IMG/VR virus record: IMGVR_UViG_3300013286_000501
Location: 16,060 to 80,059 of that record
DNA from: a virus
Strand: one strand, 5' to 3'
Length of the DNA: 64,000 nucleotides
A model generated the notes under the pieces. That model made no database searches. It saw nothing but the letters and a program-made list of their open reading frames with translations, and had not been told where the DNA came from. Positions 1 to 9,311 of the stretch are shown here, one piece after another (position 1 is the first letter of the stretch; the number at the start of each line of letters is the position of its first letter). A program made the position numbers and the translations under genes.

Positions 1-1004
1 GTAAAGTTATTACCGTTAGGACTCAAACTCATATATCCCCATCCTAGTTGGTTTAAATTAGGGTTATCGTTTTTATACATTCCAACAACGTGTTCATTTT
101 CATAAGGTTTATCCGAAACCTTAATGCCTTTGTTCTTGAGTTCATTTAACAGTGATAGGGCTCGATCTTCAGCAGCCTGTGCAGCCGCAGTCTTTTGTTG
201 ATTATCTTTTTGTTGATCAGCTGATGCTTGGGCTTCTGCTGCTGGAGGTTCTTTATTCTCTTTATCCCCACCATCCTTTTTAGAGTCGCCTGTCTTTTCA
301 GCAGCTGATTTTGCAGCCTGCTGTATGGCAATACCGGACATTGTCGATGGTGGTTTGATGATTAGATTATTGCCAATTGGTGTATTGCTTAAATTAACAA
401 CTACAGGAGGGCTTGGGGGAGTGCTTGCTGTCTCAACGATAGTAGCCTGGTATGGTTTGTCTAAACGGATTATAGTAGATCCACTATCTACATCAATTTT
501 ACCACTACCACATGTTAAGCCTTTTAGGTTAATGTTTTGGTCAACTTCACATGTTGGCATCAACATGATCATACTTTTGCCAGTTTCGTCAACAGCCATA
601 ACAAAGTCTGTACCACGTACAGCAATGGCCGCTGTAGGAGTATTGATTTTTACACTGTTGGGATTGTTGTGTGCGATATTACCAGATACATAACGTACAG
701 TTCCGGCAGCAGCCTTAAGACCTAGCTTGCCGCCTGCAGCATTTTTAGGATCGTATACAAAGTCATCGATTATTAAAGTAGAGTTTTCTGTGACCTTAAC
801 GGTAGTATCGTCTTTGAATCGAATATTAACAACACCGTTTTTGGTTTCTACTTTATCATTGGTTTCGATAGGAGTACCGTTGGCTACTGCAATAGTTTCT
901 TTGCCGCGTTTAATAACCGCTGTGCCTTTTAGTTCAACAACTGAACCAATATCGGCAACAGCAGCCGTAGCAACTAACCATAACAGGATGGCCCATTTTT
1001 TCAC
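1..1004 (-). CDS. Secreted FecR-domain protein (3' end outside window; absent from ORF track)
   Basis: GTG at 1004 after AAGGGG. Manual translation MKKWAILLWLVATAAVADIGSVVELKG...KINTPTAAIAVRGTDF: signal peptide plus the FecR-type TPTAxIxVRGT motif. Frame stays open to the window edge. Confidence 0.8.
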   Translation of the reverse strand, partial: MKKWAILLWLVATAAVADIGSVVELKGTAVIKRGKETIAVANGTPIETNDKVETKNGVVNIRFKDDTTVKVTENSTLIIDDFVYDPKNAAGGKLGLKAAAGTVRYVSGNIAHNNPNSVKINTPTAAIAVRGTDFVMAVDETGKSMIMLMPTCEVDQNINLKGLTCGSGKIDVDSGSTIIRLDKPYQATIVETASTPPSPPVVVNLSNTPIGNNLIIKPPSTMSGIAIQQAAKSAAEKTGDSKKDGGDKENKEPPAAEAQASADQQKDNQQKTAAAQAAEDRALSLLNELKNKGIKVSDKPYENEHVVGMYKNDNPNLNQLGWGYMSLSPNGNNF

Positions 1005-1016
1005 AATAGCCCCTTA

Positions 1017-1823
1017 TTAACGGCTTTTCTGAATGATGTTAAAACTACCACCGGCGGCAGTTGCTTGGATATTAGCTACGTTAGAGAATGTACCAGTTTG
1101 GCTAACATTGAATGTTGTGCCGCCTGATCCATTCTGTGCCAATACCAAACTGCTCATGCTTGCGCTAGTTTGTAATACATTTACCGTATTATTATCACTA
1201 CCGGTTAAGTTGATCAACATCTGTTGACCAGCTGTGCTATCTTGTCGTAGGTTAAGTGTATTACCATTGCCAGTAACATAAACAGCAGCCTGTAGCTGTG
1301 ATCCATTGCCAGTATAGTTTGCAGTGTTGCTATTACCGCTGAATCTTAAGTCTAACAGTGCATTAGTGCCAGCTTGTGCAGACCCAGTTGTGGTTACTGT
1401 TTGACCAGCACTTACATTAGCTGTGTTGCTATTGCCCGATTGTAACAAATAAACATTGGCTTGATCACCTTTAACTCGTAATGTGTTAATAAGGTTGTTG
1501 TTGCCAGTTTGGTTAAGTGTAATAATTTGACTATCACCTTCTAACTTCATACTGTTAATTGTGCCAGTTGCATCGCTACCAGCACGGTTGCTATTACCGT
1601 CTTGGTTGATACTAACTGTTGGCGCACTACCAGTCTGCTCTAGATAGATAATGTTAGTTGTAGCAGCATTGCGAGAAGCAGTTACGCCAGCCGCAAAACG
1701 TGTTGTCGATTGATCAGTAATAGCAGGTGCTGATGCCTGTGTAGGTGCTGTGGGTGCAGTTTGTGCATAAACAGATCCTACGAATATACCTGCTAGTAGT
1801 GTTGCTAGTAGTTTTTTAATCAT
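1017..1823 (-). CDS. Curlin-repeat-like secreted protein (CsgA/CsgB-like)
   Basis: Signal peptide from ATG 1823 (GGAG RBS). Gln/Asn/Gly-rich repeats QDGNSN, QTGNNN, QSGNSN, SGNSN, TGNGN. Directly downstream of csgG. Confidence 0.7.
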   Translation of the reverse strand: MIKKLLATLLAGIFVGSVYAQTAPTAPTQASAPAITDQSTTRFAAGVTASRNAATTNIIYLEQTGSAPTVSINQDGNSNRAGSDATGTINSMKLEGDSQIITLNQTGNNNLINTLRVKGDQANVYLLQSGNSNTANVSAGQTVTTTGSAQAGTNALLDLRFSGNSNTANYTGNGSQLQAAVYVTGNGNTLNLRQDSTAGQQMLINLTGSDNNTVNVLQTSASMSSLVLAQNGSGGTTFNVSQTGTFSNVANIQATAAGGSFNIIQKSR

Positions 1824-1867
1824 AGTGTTTTCTCCGAGAGTTTTCATTTTTACTCCTGTTTTTTGGA

Positions 1868-2797
1868 TCATCTGATCCCTGTACTTTCTTCTTTGTTTCC
1901 TCCAGCATCTTTTCTGATGCTGGGCTGCTGCGTTGCCTTGGTAGGTGTTTTGGTATCCCCTTCGGACGCGGTTTTACTTTGAACCAACTCATTAGACGCC
2001 TCCTTGTATTTCCATAATCCTAACTTCTCACCCTTCTTCACCATTTCAACAACACCTTGTTCAATTGCCGAACGAAGTGCATAGTTTCCAGGTTCATTGA
2101 ACGTCTGGCTTGAATCAAACTCAAACGACTTTGTTCCCTGATCGTAAAATCTCATTGCAGTAGCACCATCTTGTGTACTCAATAAGTTCTTTTCAATAGT
2201 CACAGATGATAAAACTTCACCTGTTTGAACACTGATCAGTCTCAAGCTGATAACAACTTGATCTTGTGTATAGCTAGTATATGGACCGATACCTAATATA
2301 GCAAATCCAGTACCACCTGTTAGCACGTTACTATTGTAATCAATAACGCCACCTTCTAGGATAACACCTGCTAATGTTAGTGGCGGAAGCATTTTAGCTT
2401 CGGCGCCTTCATAAATTTCACGAGTTTGTTTGATCATCTGACGCTCTTTTAAAAGATTGTCTAGATTGCTACGTTCTACAACTGTGAACCATTGACGGTT
2501 TCCAGCTTCCTGTAGACTCTTGATTAGATAACTTTCAGCACCCTGTGTAACTGCTGTACTGAAGGAACTTAATGTTACACTTGGCTTACGTTGACCGGTA
2601 AGATCTTTGAAACTATAAACTGCCACCGCAATTTTTTGACCTGCAGGTGCTGGTAGTGTATTGATCTCTTTAACAATAGTTGTTGAAACTTTTGGCGCTT
2701 CAGTTAGACTAATGTGTTCGCCCCATGGACGAATTGAAGAACAGCCTGTCATTGCGGCTAGTGCTAGGGCAATAGTTGTTAATTTTAGTAATTTCAT
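1868..2797 (-). CDS. csgG: Curli secretion channel lipoprotein CsgG
   Basis: Lipobox MTGC. Family motifs VAVYSFKDLTGQRK, FSTAVTQG, WFTVVERSNLDNLLKERQMI. Confidence 0.93.
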   Translation of the reverse strand: MKLLKLTTIALALAAMTGCSSIRPWGEHISLTEAPKVSTTIVKEINTLPAPAGQKIAVAVYSFKDLTGQRKPSVTLSSFSTAVTQGAESYLIKSLQEAGNRQWFTVVERSNLDNLLKERQMIKQTREIYEGAEAKMLPPLTLAGVILEGGVIDYNSNVLTGGTGFAILGIGPYTSYTQDQVVISLRLISVQTGEVLSSVTIEKNLLSTQDGATAMRFYDQGTKSFEFDSSQTFNEPGNYALRSAIEQGVVEMVKKGEKLGLWKYKEASNELVQSKTASEGDTKTPTKATQQPSIRKDAGGNKEESTGIR

Positions 2798-2807
2798 CTA
2801 TTGCTCC

Positions 2808-3290
2808 TTAAAAACTAAAACTTGAAATTGGCACAGTGATGGTCTGTGTAGGACTTTTATTTGCAACAAATGCACCGTTGACCGTTTTACCGTCGTATAC
2901 AGTTAATGTAACTTGACCGTTTAATTTGGTCCATTGGATTTGTTGTGCGTCAGCAACCATAAAGTTGCCGGTACTACATGCACCTGTGGTACACTCTTTG
3001 AATAAGTTGTTAGTTAGTTGAGTTGCCAATTGGCTATAAACTTGTCCAGTAAACAATGACATAAATTTCGCTAGTGGAGTATTTGCAGCAGCAGCACCGA
3101 TAGCAGCGGCATCTGCAGCCTTTTTAGAATCAACAGCATTTTGTGCGCTGTTACGCATCTGTTCTACCGTAAGGACTTGACTAGCCCAACCTTGGCCACT
3201 AAATGTTGGATCTTTAAATTGTTGAACTAATTCTGCTTGTGCTGTAGCTACAATCACTATCAACCCAAGGGTTGCTAAAGTTTTTTTCAT
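2808..3290 (-). CDS. csgF: Curli assembly protein CsgF-like
   Basis: Signal peptide followed by ELVQQFKDPTFSG (CsgF N-terminal FxNPxFxG-type motif). Adjacent to csgG. Confidence 0.8.
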   Translation of the reverse strand: MKKTLATLGLIVIVATAQAELVQQFKDPTFSGQGWASQVLTVEQMRNSAQNAVDSKKAADAAAIGAAAANTPLAKFMSLFTGQVYSQLATQLTNNLFKECTTGACSTGNFMVADAQQIQWTKLNGQVTLTVYDGKTVNGAFVANKSPTQTITVPISSFSF

Positions 3291-3316
3291 TGATTCCTCC
3301 GAATGACCTTGTATTG

Positions 3317-3322
3317 TATTTA
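3317..3322 (-). promoter_or_regulatory. TAAATA late-promoter-like box (representative of more than 20 copies)
   Basis: Gene-oriented TAAATA in intergenic gaps near 3317, 3740, 5019, 6512, 14203, 16160, 23813, 26014, 29637, 37697, 40172, 42789, 44523, 45040, 47362, 59106 and others. Confidence 0.7.
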
Positions 3323-3362
3323 CAGGGTTATATAGCGGAGTTATGTAAGCGGTTAATGCTGA

Positions 3363-3734
3363 TTAAGGAACTAACAAATACCATACCATCCACAGGTATG
3401 TTGCTTGGTGTGCTAATTGATCTAGACCAAATTGCGTCCAGAAGATAGGTTTTGTTTGATCTTTGCTTCCATATTTTACTTTAGTATAATCTACAAGGTA
3501 ATGGATTGCACCCTCTGCTAATATCAAAAATACTACAAGAAATGCATTAGTGGGTACAAAGAAGCTAAACAACAGCAAAGAAACGGCAGAGCAGATCATG
3601 TGCTCGGTAGTGTGGCTCATTCCAATTGGATCTAACCACACTCCTTTTTTAATGGTCTGCATATAGGTCTGCAATACAAAGTCGGCATAGCAATGCTTAA
3701 CCTGTAGCAGTAGGAGTAAGAGTAATATATCCAT
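3363..3734 (-). CDS. DUF3307-like membrane protein
   Basis: KHCYADFVLQ, IHYLVDYTK and FGLDQLAH motifs with hydrophobic segments. Confidence 0.75.
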   Translation of the reverse strand: MDILLLLLLLQVKHCYADFVLQTYMQTIKKGVWLDPIGMSHTTEHMICSAVSLLLFSFFVPTNAFLVVFLILAEGAIHYLVDYTKVKYGSKDQTKPIFWTQFGLDQLAHQATYLWMVWYLLVP

Positions 3735-3779
3735 ATTATTATTTAAGAGTATTTAACTCTTACCTAACAATTTCTGATA

Positions 3780-3926
3780 TTACTTTTTAGAATCTAAAAG
3801 CTCCGCTAGTGTAGTAGAAGTAGTATTTTCTGTCAAATTTGGATGAGGATCAGCTAAAGTGAATGCATTTTGGAGTTCTTTTTCCATATCTACAATTACT
3901 ATGATTTTATTTAGATCTTCGTTCAT
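3780..3926 (-). CDS. Small hypothetical protein (48 aa)
   Basis: ATGA overlap with the upstream stop; MNEDLNKIIVIVDMEKELQ...; fills the gap between genes. Confidence 0.4.
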   Translation of the reverse strand: MNEDLNKIIVIVDMEKELQNAFTLADPHPNLTENTTSTTLAELLDSKK

Positions 3927-5011
3927 ACTGCTGGTTCCTGTGGTATTGGTGCCGATCCCATTGGGATTTTCGGTCCTAGCGGCTTTTGAAGATTCTGGAT
4001 ACTGGCCGGAACTGGTGCTGGCGTCGGTTGTGCTGGGACAGGAGCTGATACTGTAAGATCATCTAACCACTGTACTTTTCGAGTTTCGTTCTTTGTATTG
4101 GTTTCTGCTCTAGCATTCTTAAGACCTAAATCTGGACGATCAGTCATAAATCTAACAGCGAGATACGGCTCGTATAAACCTGTAGGAGTTTTACCATTAA
4201 GAAATACAGTATCGGCGCCTAATTTAAACACTCCCTGACCTGCTGGTTTTATGGTAGCGTAACCTATTAGAACAGCATTGACATTAGAAAAGCCAAACGG
4301 GCCTCCAAAATCTTTCCCAAAGACGATTTTATTTTTAACCACATCATCTTTAATGTGGTGGCCAAATGATTGTTTTGGTCCTAGTACTCCGCCTGTGATT
4401 TCTTTTATCTTTGAAATCCATGCTTGTATTTCTGGACTCGTTGGAATCAGGTGTTGAAACCCGCCCCACTTTTTAAAATTAGATCCTTTTAGGCTAACCC
4501 ATGCAACAGCAGTACCATTCTCATCATATACGCTCATATCGCTCTTTGGTTGCTTGCCACCGACTAACTCGACGGTTTTACCAAATTTAGCAGCGTGGAC
4601 TATTTTTCTGCCAAAAGCTAATTTAATAAAAGGTTGACCTTCTTTTAGTTTTTCTAATTCTTTAGATAAGCCGTCGATCTGTCCTTGTTCTATACCTTCT
4701 CGAGATCCGGCATGTTCGCCGCCGAACTCTTTTGTTTTAATGATAGATCCAAATGGAATTTCTTCTTGAGAATCTTTTAACTTTAAGGATAATGATTTAC
4801 GAGGAGCAGGAGTTTGTATCCATGCCGTAACCTTATCGAGCTCGTCGGGATCGATTACAACTTCTCGTCCGTCTTTTAGCTCAAACGGAGTACCTAACAT
4901 AATTTTTTCAAGAAAGATAGGAACTCTATCCTTGGGAGTATTTGTATACTTAAACAGTCCCGGACCACCAATTGGTGCCTTTTCTGTAAGTTTAAATTCA
5001 TTAAATCGCAT
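3923..5011 (-). CDS. Hypothetical protein, possible PD-(D/E)xK nuclease-like, possibly head-packaged
   Basis: 362 aa. PKSD...WVSLK motif; N-terminal MRFNEFKLTE; TAAATA upstream. Confidence 0.5.
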   Translation of the reverse strand: MRFNEFKLTEKAPIGGPGLFKYTNTPKDRVPIFLEKIMLGTPFELKDGREVVIDPDELDKVTAWIQTPAPRKSLSLKLKDSQEEIPFGSIIKTKEFGGEHAGSREGIEQGQIDGLSKELEKLKEGQPFIKLAFGRKIVHAAKFGKTVELVGGKQPKSDMSVYDENGTAVAWVSLKGSNFKKWGGFQHLIPTSPEIQAWISKIKEITGGVLGPKQSFGHHIKDDVVKNKIVFGKDFGGPFGFSNVNAVLIGYATIKPAGQGVFKLGADTVFLNGKTPTGLYEPYLAVRFMTDRPDLGLKNARAETNTKNETRKVQWLDDLTVSAPVPAQPTPAPVPASIQNLQKPLGPKIPMGSAPIPQEPAV

Positions 5012-5021
5012 AATCTAATAT

Positions 5022-5687
5022 TTATGCCACTTCTGGGAACAATACTTCACTTACAAATTGCTTCATAGTAGATTCGGGGACTCCCATAGCAACCATACTC
5101 TTGATCACGTGAGGATTCTGTTTTTGCCAATGACAGTAGCGATTCTGCGCCATATGATAGTCTGCACCACTTTGTTGGTCAATGCCCACATTCTTAAGAT
5201 AGAAATCTAATGTAGTCAATGCTGTAGCACACAGTTGATCTATCTCCGCTTCTTCCTGTAGATTACCTGCGGCAACCATAGCGGTACTAAAGATTTGTCG
5301 AGCCCATTCTGGAAGTTCTCTGGGCTTATTCCACTCTAGTACATTGACCTGCGCCTTGAACCAAAGATACATGAAGCTGGTAGGATCGCCCGAGATACTG
5401 AAGTCGTGGAACGCACCTGTTATTTTATTAGGTCCACATACTGCATCAAACCCGTAGATAGGGCTAGGATCGTTATAATGTGGGAATACAGTGCAGTGTA
5501 GAATGTAGAGCTTGTGCGTATCACGCTTGTCTACAATTTCAATGTGTGCTCTACGGAATCTAGGACTTGACCAAAGTTGGTTATGCCAGTCGTAATCTAG
5601 TTTACCCTCGATAGGCTCGCCGGCGGCATTGAATCGTTCTTCGATGTCTTTGGCCAGTTTGCTGATCTTATCCCAAGCTAGAGTCAT
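5022..5687 (-). CDS. pcyX: Ferredoxin-dependent bilin reductase (PcyA/PcyX family)
   Basis: RRAHIE, LHCTVFP...PIYGFD, GAFHDFS, RELPEWARQIFS, QNRYCHWQKQNPH motifs. Overlaps the heme oxygenase gene. PcyX versus PcyA not resolvable by eye. Confidence 0.82.
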   Translation of the reverse strand: MTLAWDKISKLAKDIEERFNAAGEPIEGKLDYDWHNQLWSSPRFRRAHIEIVDKRDTHKLYILHCTVFPHYNDPSPIYGFDAVCGPNKITGAFHDFSISGDPTSFMYLWFKAQVNVLEWNKPRELPEWARQIFSTAMVAAGNLQEEAEIDQLCATALTTLDFYLKNVGIDQQSGADYHMAQNRYCHWQKQNPHVIKSMVAMGVPESTMKQFVSEVLFPEVA

Positions 5688-6204
5688 AATCCCTCATCAT
5701 GCGGATTGCCCAGTCAAAGGCTATATTGGCTTCGTCGCCCATGCTGTCATCTAGTTTAGCACGAATATTGGTCATCAGTGTGCGGGGATCTGCAAACTCT
5801 AAATTGCGGTGTGCGCCCGGAACAATCTTCTTAATCATCTGCCCACCGAACATATCGCCCATGTGCCAGGTGTATAGGTGTGCCATGATCTTGTCGGGCT
5901 CTTTGGCAATAGAAATTAAGTATTTGTAGTAGTCGACTACCACAGGACGAAACTGATGCTTCTTACTATCAGTGTTCATTTCATTGTAATCCATGAACAG
6001 GTAAAATGTTCTGCGTAGATCTGGCAAATCACCTAACAACTGATTAGCACCTGCGGCACCTTCGATAGCTCCGTAGAACAACCATTTCTGATATGTCCAA
6101 TCTATCCATAGGTCTTGGGGCAGCGTCTTGGCAAACACCGCTTTCATAAAGGGTGTTGATTCAGCTTCTTGATGTTTTTCTACTGTAAGGTCTTTGAGGC
6201 TCAT
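5668..6204 (-). CDS. hemO: Heme oxygenase
   Basis: LKDLTVEKHQEAE (proximal His), AHLYTWHMGDMFGGQMI (distal helix), EANIAF. Confidence 0.9.
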   Translation of the reverse strand: MSLKDLTVEKHQEAESTPFMKAVFAKTLPQDLWIDWTYQKWLFYGAIEGAAGANQLLGDLPDLRRTFYLFMDYNEMNTDSKKHQFRPVVVDYYKYLISIAKEPDKIMAHLYTWHMGDMFGGQMIKKIVPGAHRNLEFADPRTLMTNIRAKLDDSMGDEANIAFDWAIRMMRDYDSSLG

Positions 6205-6506
6205 TCGGCCTCCGCTTTTAATACCAACGGATAGCCATTTAGCTTGGCCATGTTGGTAGCATCGATGACCTTTTGTTCGGCAATTTCGTATGAGTAGATA
6301 CCTGCGACAGCACTACCTTTGTTGTGGATTGCCATGGTTAGCGAGATAGCTTGACGTTCTTCATGACTGAATACAGAGACCAACATGGCCACTACAAACT
6401 CCATAGGTGTGACATCGTCGTTGCAGACAATGACCTTATACTTACTAGGCTCTTTAACTTTTCGAGAAGTGGTTGTTTTCTTTTCGATGATGGTATCAAT
6501 GGTCAT
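6201..6506 (-). CDS. clpS: ClpS N-end-rule adaptor
   Basis: YKVIVCNDDVTPMEFVV, IHNKGSAVAGIY, GYPL. Start moved to ATG 6506. Confidence 0.93.
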   Translation of the reverse strand: MTIDTIIEKKTTTSRKVKEPSKYKVIVCNDDVTPMEFVVAMLVSVFSHEERQAISLTMAIHNKGSAVAGIYSYEIAEQKVIDATNMAKLNGYPLVLKAEAE

Positions 6507-6555
6507 AATTCTATTTAATAAAAGTTTATAATGGGGGGCCGGGGCCCCCAACGCT

Positions 6556-6990
6556 TTACTCGGCTGTGATTTTCAACTGACGCGGCTTTAACGCTTCAGG
6601 AACAATACGAGTAAGGGCAATAGTAAGAACACCGTTCTTGATCTTGCCTTCACCTACCTCCATGTGTTCGGCCAGTGTCCAACTACGAGTAAAGTCTCGT
6701 GTTGCTAGCCCACGGTGTAGGTATTGTGGTTCGTCAACTTCACGCAGACGTTGCCCCTTGATTACCAGTTGATTCTGGTCGATCTCAACTGTAACTTCCT
6801 CTGGTGCAAATCCTGTGACTGCAACTTCGATCTCATAAGAGTCTTCGCTGTGCTTTAGGATGTTGTATGGGGGATAGTTGTCTTTGATTTGATTTGCAAA
6901 ACGACCTTCAAAGTCGTTAAACAATGTGTCAAATCCTAGTAGGGCTCTGTTTAGAGCGTTCGTGTCGAAACGTACGATTTGTTGATTCAT
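6556..6990 (-). CDS. ibpA: Small heat shock protein Hsp20/IbpA
   Basis: NYPPYNI, EVAVTGF, YLHRGLATRDF, NGVLTI motifs. Confidence 0.95.
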   Translation of the reverse strand: MNQQIVRFDTNALNRALLGFDTLFNDFEGRFANQIKDNYPPYNILKHSEDSYEIEVAVTGFAPEEVTVEIDQNQLVIKGQRLREVDEPQYLHRGLATRDFTRSWTLAEHMEVGEGKIKNGVLTIALTRIVPEALKPRQLKITAE

Positions 6991-6994
6991 AATT

Positions 6995-7014
6995 TTCTCC
7001 TTAATAAGTAAGAA
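6995..7014 (-). promoter_or_regulatory. SD-occluding hairpin (ROSE-like RNA thermometer candidate) of hsp20
   Basis: UUCUU-A-CUU-AUU-AAG-GAGAA pairs over the AAGGAG Shine-Dalgarno with one bulged A. Confidence 0.55.
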
Positions 7015-7052
7015 TCAGGTGGGACCCTTTATAGGTATCCCACTTGTATTTA

Positions 7053-8933
7053 TTATACAGTCTCTGTGACCTCTGCGTCAACGATGTTATTATCCTTATC
7101 AGCTTTGGCTTTTTCTTCAGCCTCGTGCTTTTTACCAGTAATAGGACCCATAGCTTCGTAAAGTTTTGGAATACTATCTTGGATGATCTTTGCATCGTCG
7201 CCTTTGATTGCATCTTCAACTGCTTTTACAGCATCTTCCGCATTGGCTTTTTCTTCAGCAGTCACTAGATCGCCGTACTTTTCTACATCGCCTTTGAAGC
7301 CGTGTAGTGTGCCTTCTGCGCTGTTGCGAGCTTCAATCAATTCACGTTGCTTCTTATCTGCTTCTGCATTAGCTTCTGCATCTTGAACCATACGTTCGAT
7401 TTCTTCCTTGCTCAACCCACTGTCGGACTTGATAGTGATCTTGTTCTCTTTGCCTGTGCCTTGGTCTTTGGCACTGATCTTCATGATACCGTTGGCATCA
7501 ACATCGAATGTAACTTCAATCTGTGGTGTGCCGCGGCGTGCTGGAGGAATACCATCCAACTTAAAATCACCAAGTGCTTTGTTGTATTGGAACAACTCAC
7601 GCTCACCCTGTGCCACTTTGATATCAACAGCAGGTTGATTGTCTTCAGCAGTGCTGAACACTTGACTTGCCTTGGTTGGGATAGTTGTGTTCTTCTGAAT
7701 CAACTTGGTAAACACACCGCCCATGGTTTCAATGCCTAAACTCAATGGAGTAACATCCAACAATAGAACGTCAGTGCGGCCACCGCCTAGAACATCACCT
7801 TGGATAGCAGCACCTGCGGCAACTGCTTCGTCTGGATTAACATCCTTACGTGGAGCCTTGCCGAATAGTTGTTCAACAACTTCCTGCACCTTTGGCATAC
7901 GTGTCATACCACCAACTAGAATAACTTCGTCAATATCGCTAGCACTAACACCTGCATCTGACATGGCAGTCTTGCAAGGGCCGATACTGCGCTGGATCAA
8001 TTCTTCAACTAGCTGTTCTAACTTACTGCGTGTAAGTTTAACATTCATGTGCTTGGGACCACTTGCATCTGCTGTGATGTAAGGAAGATTAACATCTGTC
8101 TGGGCACTACTTGACAGTTCAATCTTGGCCTTTTCAGCAGCTTCTTTCAAGCGTTGCAGGGCCAACATGTCTTTCTTAAGATCAACACCGTTGTCTCGTT
8201 TGAATTCATCGACCAAGAAGTCCATGATACGTTGGTCGAAGTCTTCACCACCTAGGAATGTATCACCGTTAGTGGATAGAACTTCAATTTGTTTGTCGCC
8301 TTCAACGTTGGCAATTTCAATAATGCTCACATCAAATGTTCCACCACCCAAGTCATAGACTGCAATCTTACGATCACGCTTGTCTTGTTTATCAACACCA
8401 TAGGCCAATGCAGCCGCAGTTGGTTCGTTGATGATACGCAATACTTCAAGACCTGCAATCTTACCTGCGTCTTTGGTTGCCTGACGTTGGCTATCGTTAA
8501 AGTAAGCCGGAACTGTGATAACAGCCTGTGTCACTTCGTGGCCCAAATAGTCTTCCGCAGTTTTCTTCATCTTGCGTAGAACTTCGGCGCTGATCTGTGG
8601 AGGTGCTAGTTTGTCGTTGTTTGCTTCTACCCATGCATCACCATTGTCCGCCTTGATAATCTTGTAGGGCATCAAGTCAATGTCCTTCTGAACAGCCTGT
8701 TCAGTGAACTTTCGTCCGATCAAACGCTTGGCTGCATAGATTGTATTCTTTGGGTTTGTGACTGCTTGGCGTTTTGCACTGGCGCCAACGAGGATTTCGT
8801 CATTAGCATAGGCAACAATACTTGGTGTAGTGCGAGCACCTTCTGCGTTTTCAATGATTTTTGTGATGCCGTTTTCGATAACAGCTACACAAGAGTTGGT
8901 TGTACCTAGGTCGATACCGATTACTTTGCTCAT
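7053..8933 (-). CDS. dnaK: Chaperone DnaK (Hsp70)
   Basis: [25 protein letters not shown]; full length 626 aa. Confidence 0.99.
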   Translation of the reverse strand: MSKVIGIDLGTTNSCVAVIENGITKIIENAEGARTTPSIVAYANDEILVGASAKRQAVTNPKNTIYAAKRLIGRKFTEQAVQKDIDLMPYKIIKADNGDAWVEANNDKLAPPQISAEVLRKMKKTAEDYLGHEVTQAVITVPAYFNDSQRQATKDAGKIAGLEVLRIINEPTAAALAYGVDKQDKRDRKIAVYDLGGGTFDVSIIEIANVEGDKQIEVLSTNGDTFLGGEDFDQRIMDFLVDEFKRDNGVDLKKDMLALQRLKEAAEKAKIELSSSAQTDVNLPYITADASGPKHMNVKLTRSKLEQLVEELIQRSIGPCKTAMSDAGVSASDIDEVILVGGMTRMPKVQEVVEQLFGKAPRKDVNPDEAVAAGAAIQGDVLGGGRTDVLLLDVTPLSLGIETMGGVFTKLIQKNTTIPTKASQVFSTAEDNQPAVDIKVAQGERELFQYNKALGDFKLDGIPPARRGTPQIEVTFDVDANGIMKISAKDQGTGKENKITIKSDSGLSKEEIERMVQDAEANAEADKKQRELIEARNSAEGTLHGFKGDVEKYGDLVTAEEKANAEDAVKAVEDAIKGDDAKIIQDSIPKLYEAMGPITGKKHEAEEKAKADKDNNIVDAEVTETV

Positions 8934-8939
8934 TAATTT

Positions 8940-8956
8940 CTCCTTAATAAGTGAGC
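8940..8956 (-). promoter_or_regulatory. SD-occluding hairpin of dnaK (same motif as hsp20)
   Basis: CUC-A-CUU-AUU-AAG-GAG pairs over the SD with a bulged A. Confidence 0.5.
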
Positions 8957-9004
8957 GGGCTTTGTGCCCATATAGAAGCCATAAGGTCTTCTACAGCTTT
9001 ATTT

Positions 9005-9033
9005 ATTATAGTAGCATACTATATAAATGTCAA
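9005..9033 (-). promoter_or_regulatory. Consensus sigma70 promoter upstream of dnaK, followed by a TAAATA box
   Basis: TTGACA-17 nt-TATAAT read directly. Confidence 0.85.
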
Positions 9034-9311
9034 GTGAGTGTATCATCTATATGATCCGATGCCCGGGGCACTCGATCGATGAACTGTTCTTTATATGATT
9101 GTCTAGCCTTTTCTGCATCGTAAGTAGATTTAACGTTAGATATTGCTTTGTATATAGGGTGCATGAGTTTATCCATAATCCTACGTGCCATTTGTTCTAA
9201 CACTTGATCCATATCTTTGCCCTGTGCAATCTGCATCATAGCATGGCCGTGTTCAAACATGCGAACACGTTCACTCCAAGACTCGTAGCTTTCACCCTCA
9301 TTGATTTTCAC
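9030..9311 (-). CDS. Small protein resembling the glutamyl-tRNA reductase (HemA) dimerisation domain
   Basis: AMMQIAQGKDMDQVLEQMARRIMDKLMHP recalls the HemA C-terminal pattern (L..G.D...VLE.LA..L..K.LH.P). Confidence 0.5.
   Translation of the reverse strand: MKINEGESYESWSERVRMFEHGHAMMQIAQGKDMDQVLEQMARRIMDKLMHPIYKAISNVKSTYDAEKARQSYKEQFIDRVPRASDHIDDTLT

Noticed and set aside
325-1227. Plus-strand ORFs here and many similar ones opposite dnaK, nrdA and the fibre genes
   Set aside because: Antisense shadows of well-supported minus-strand genes.
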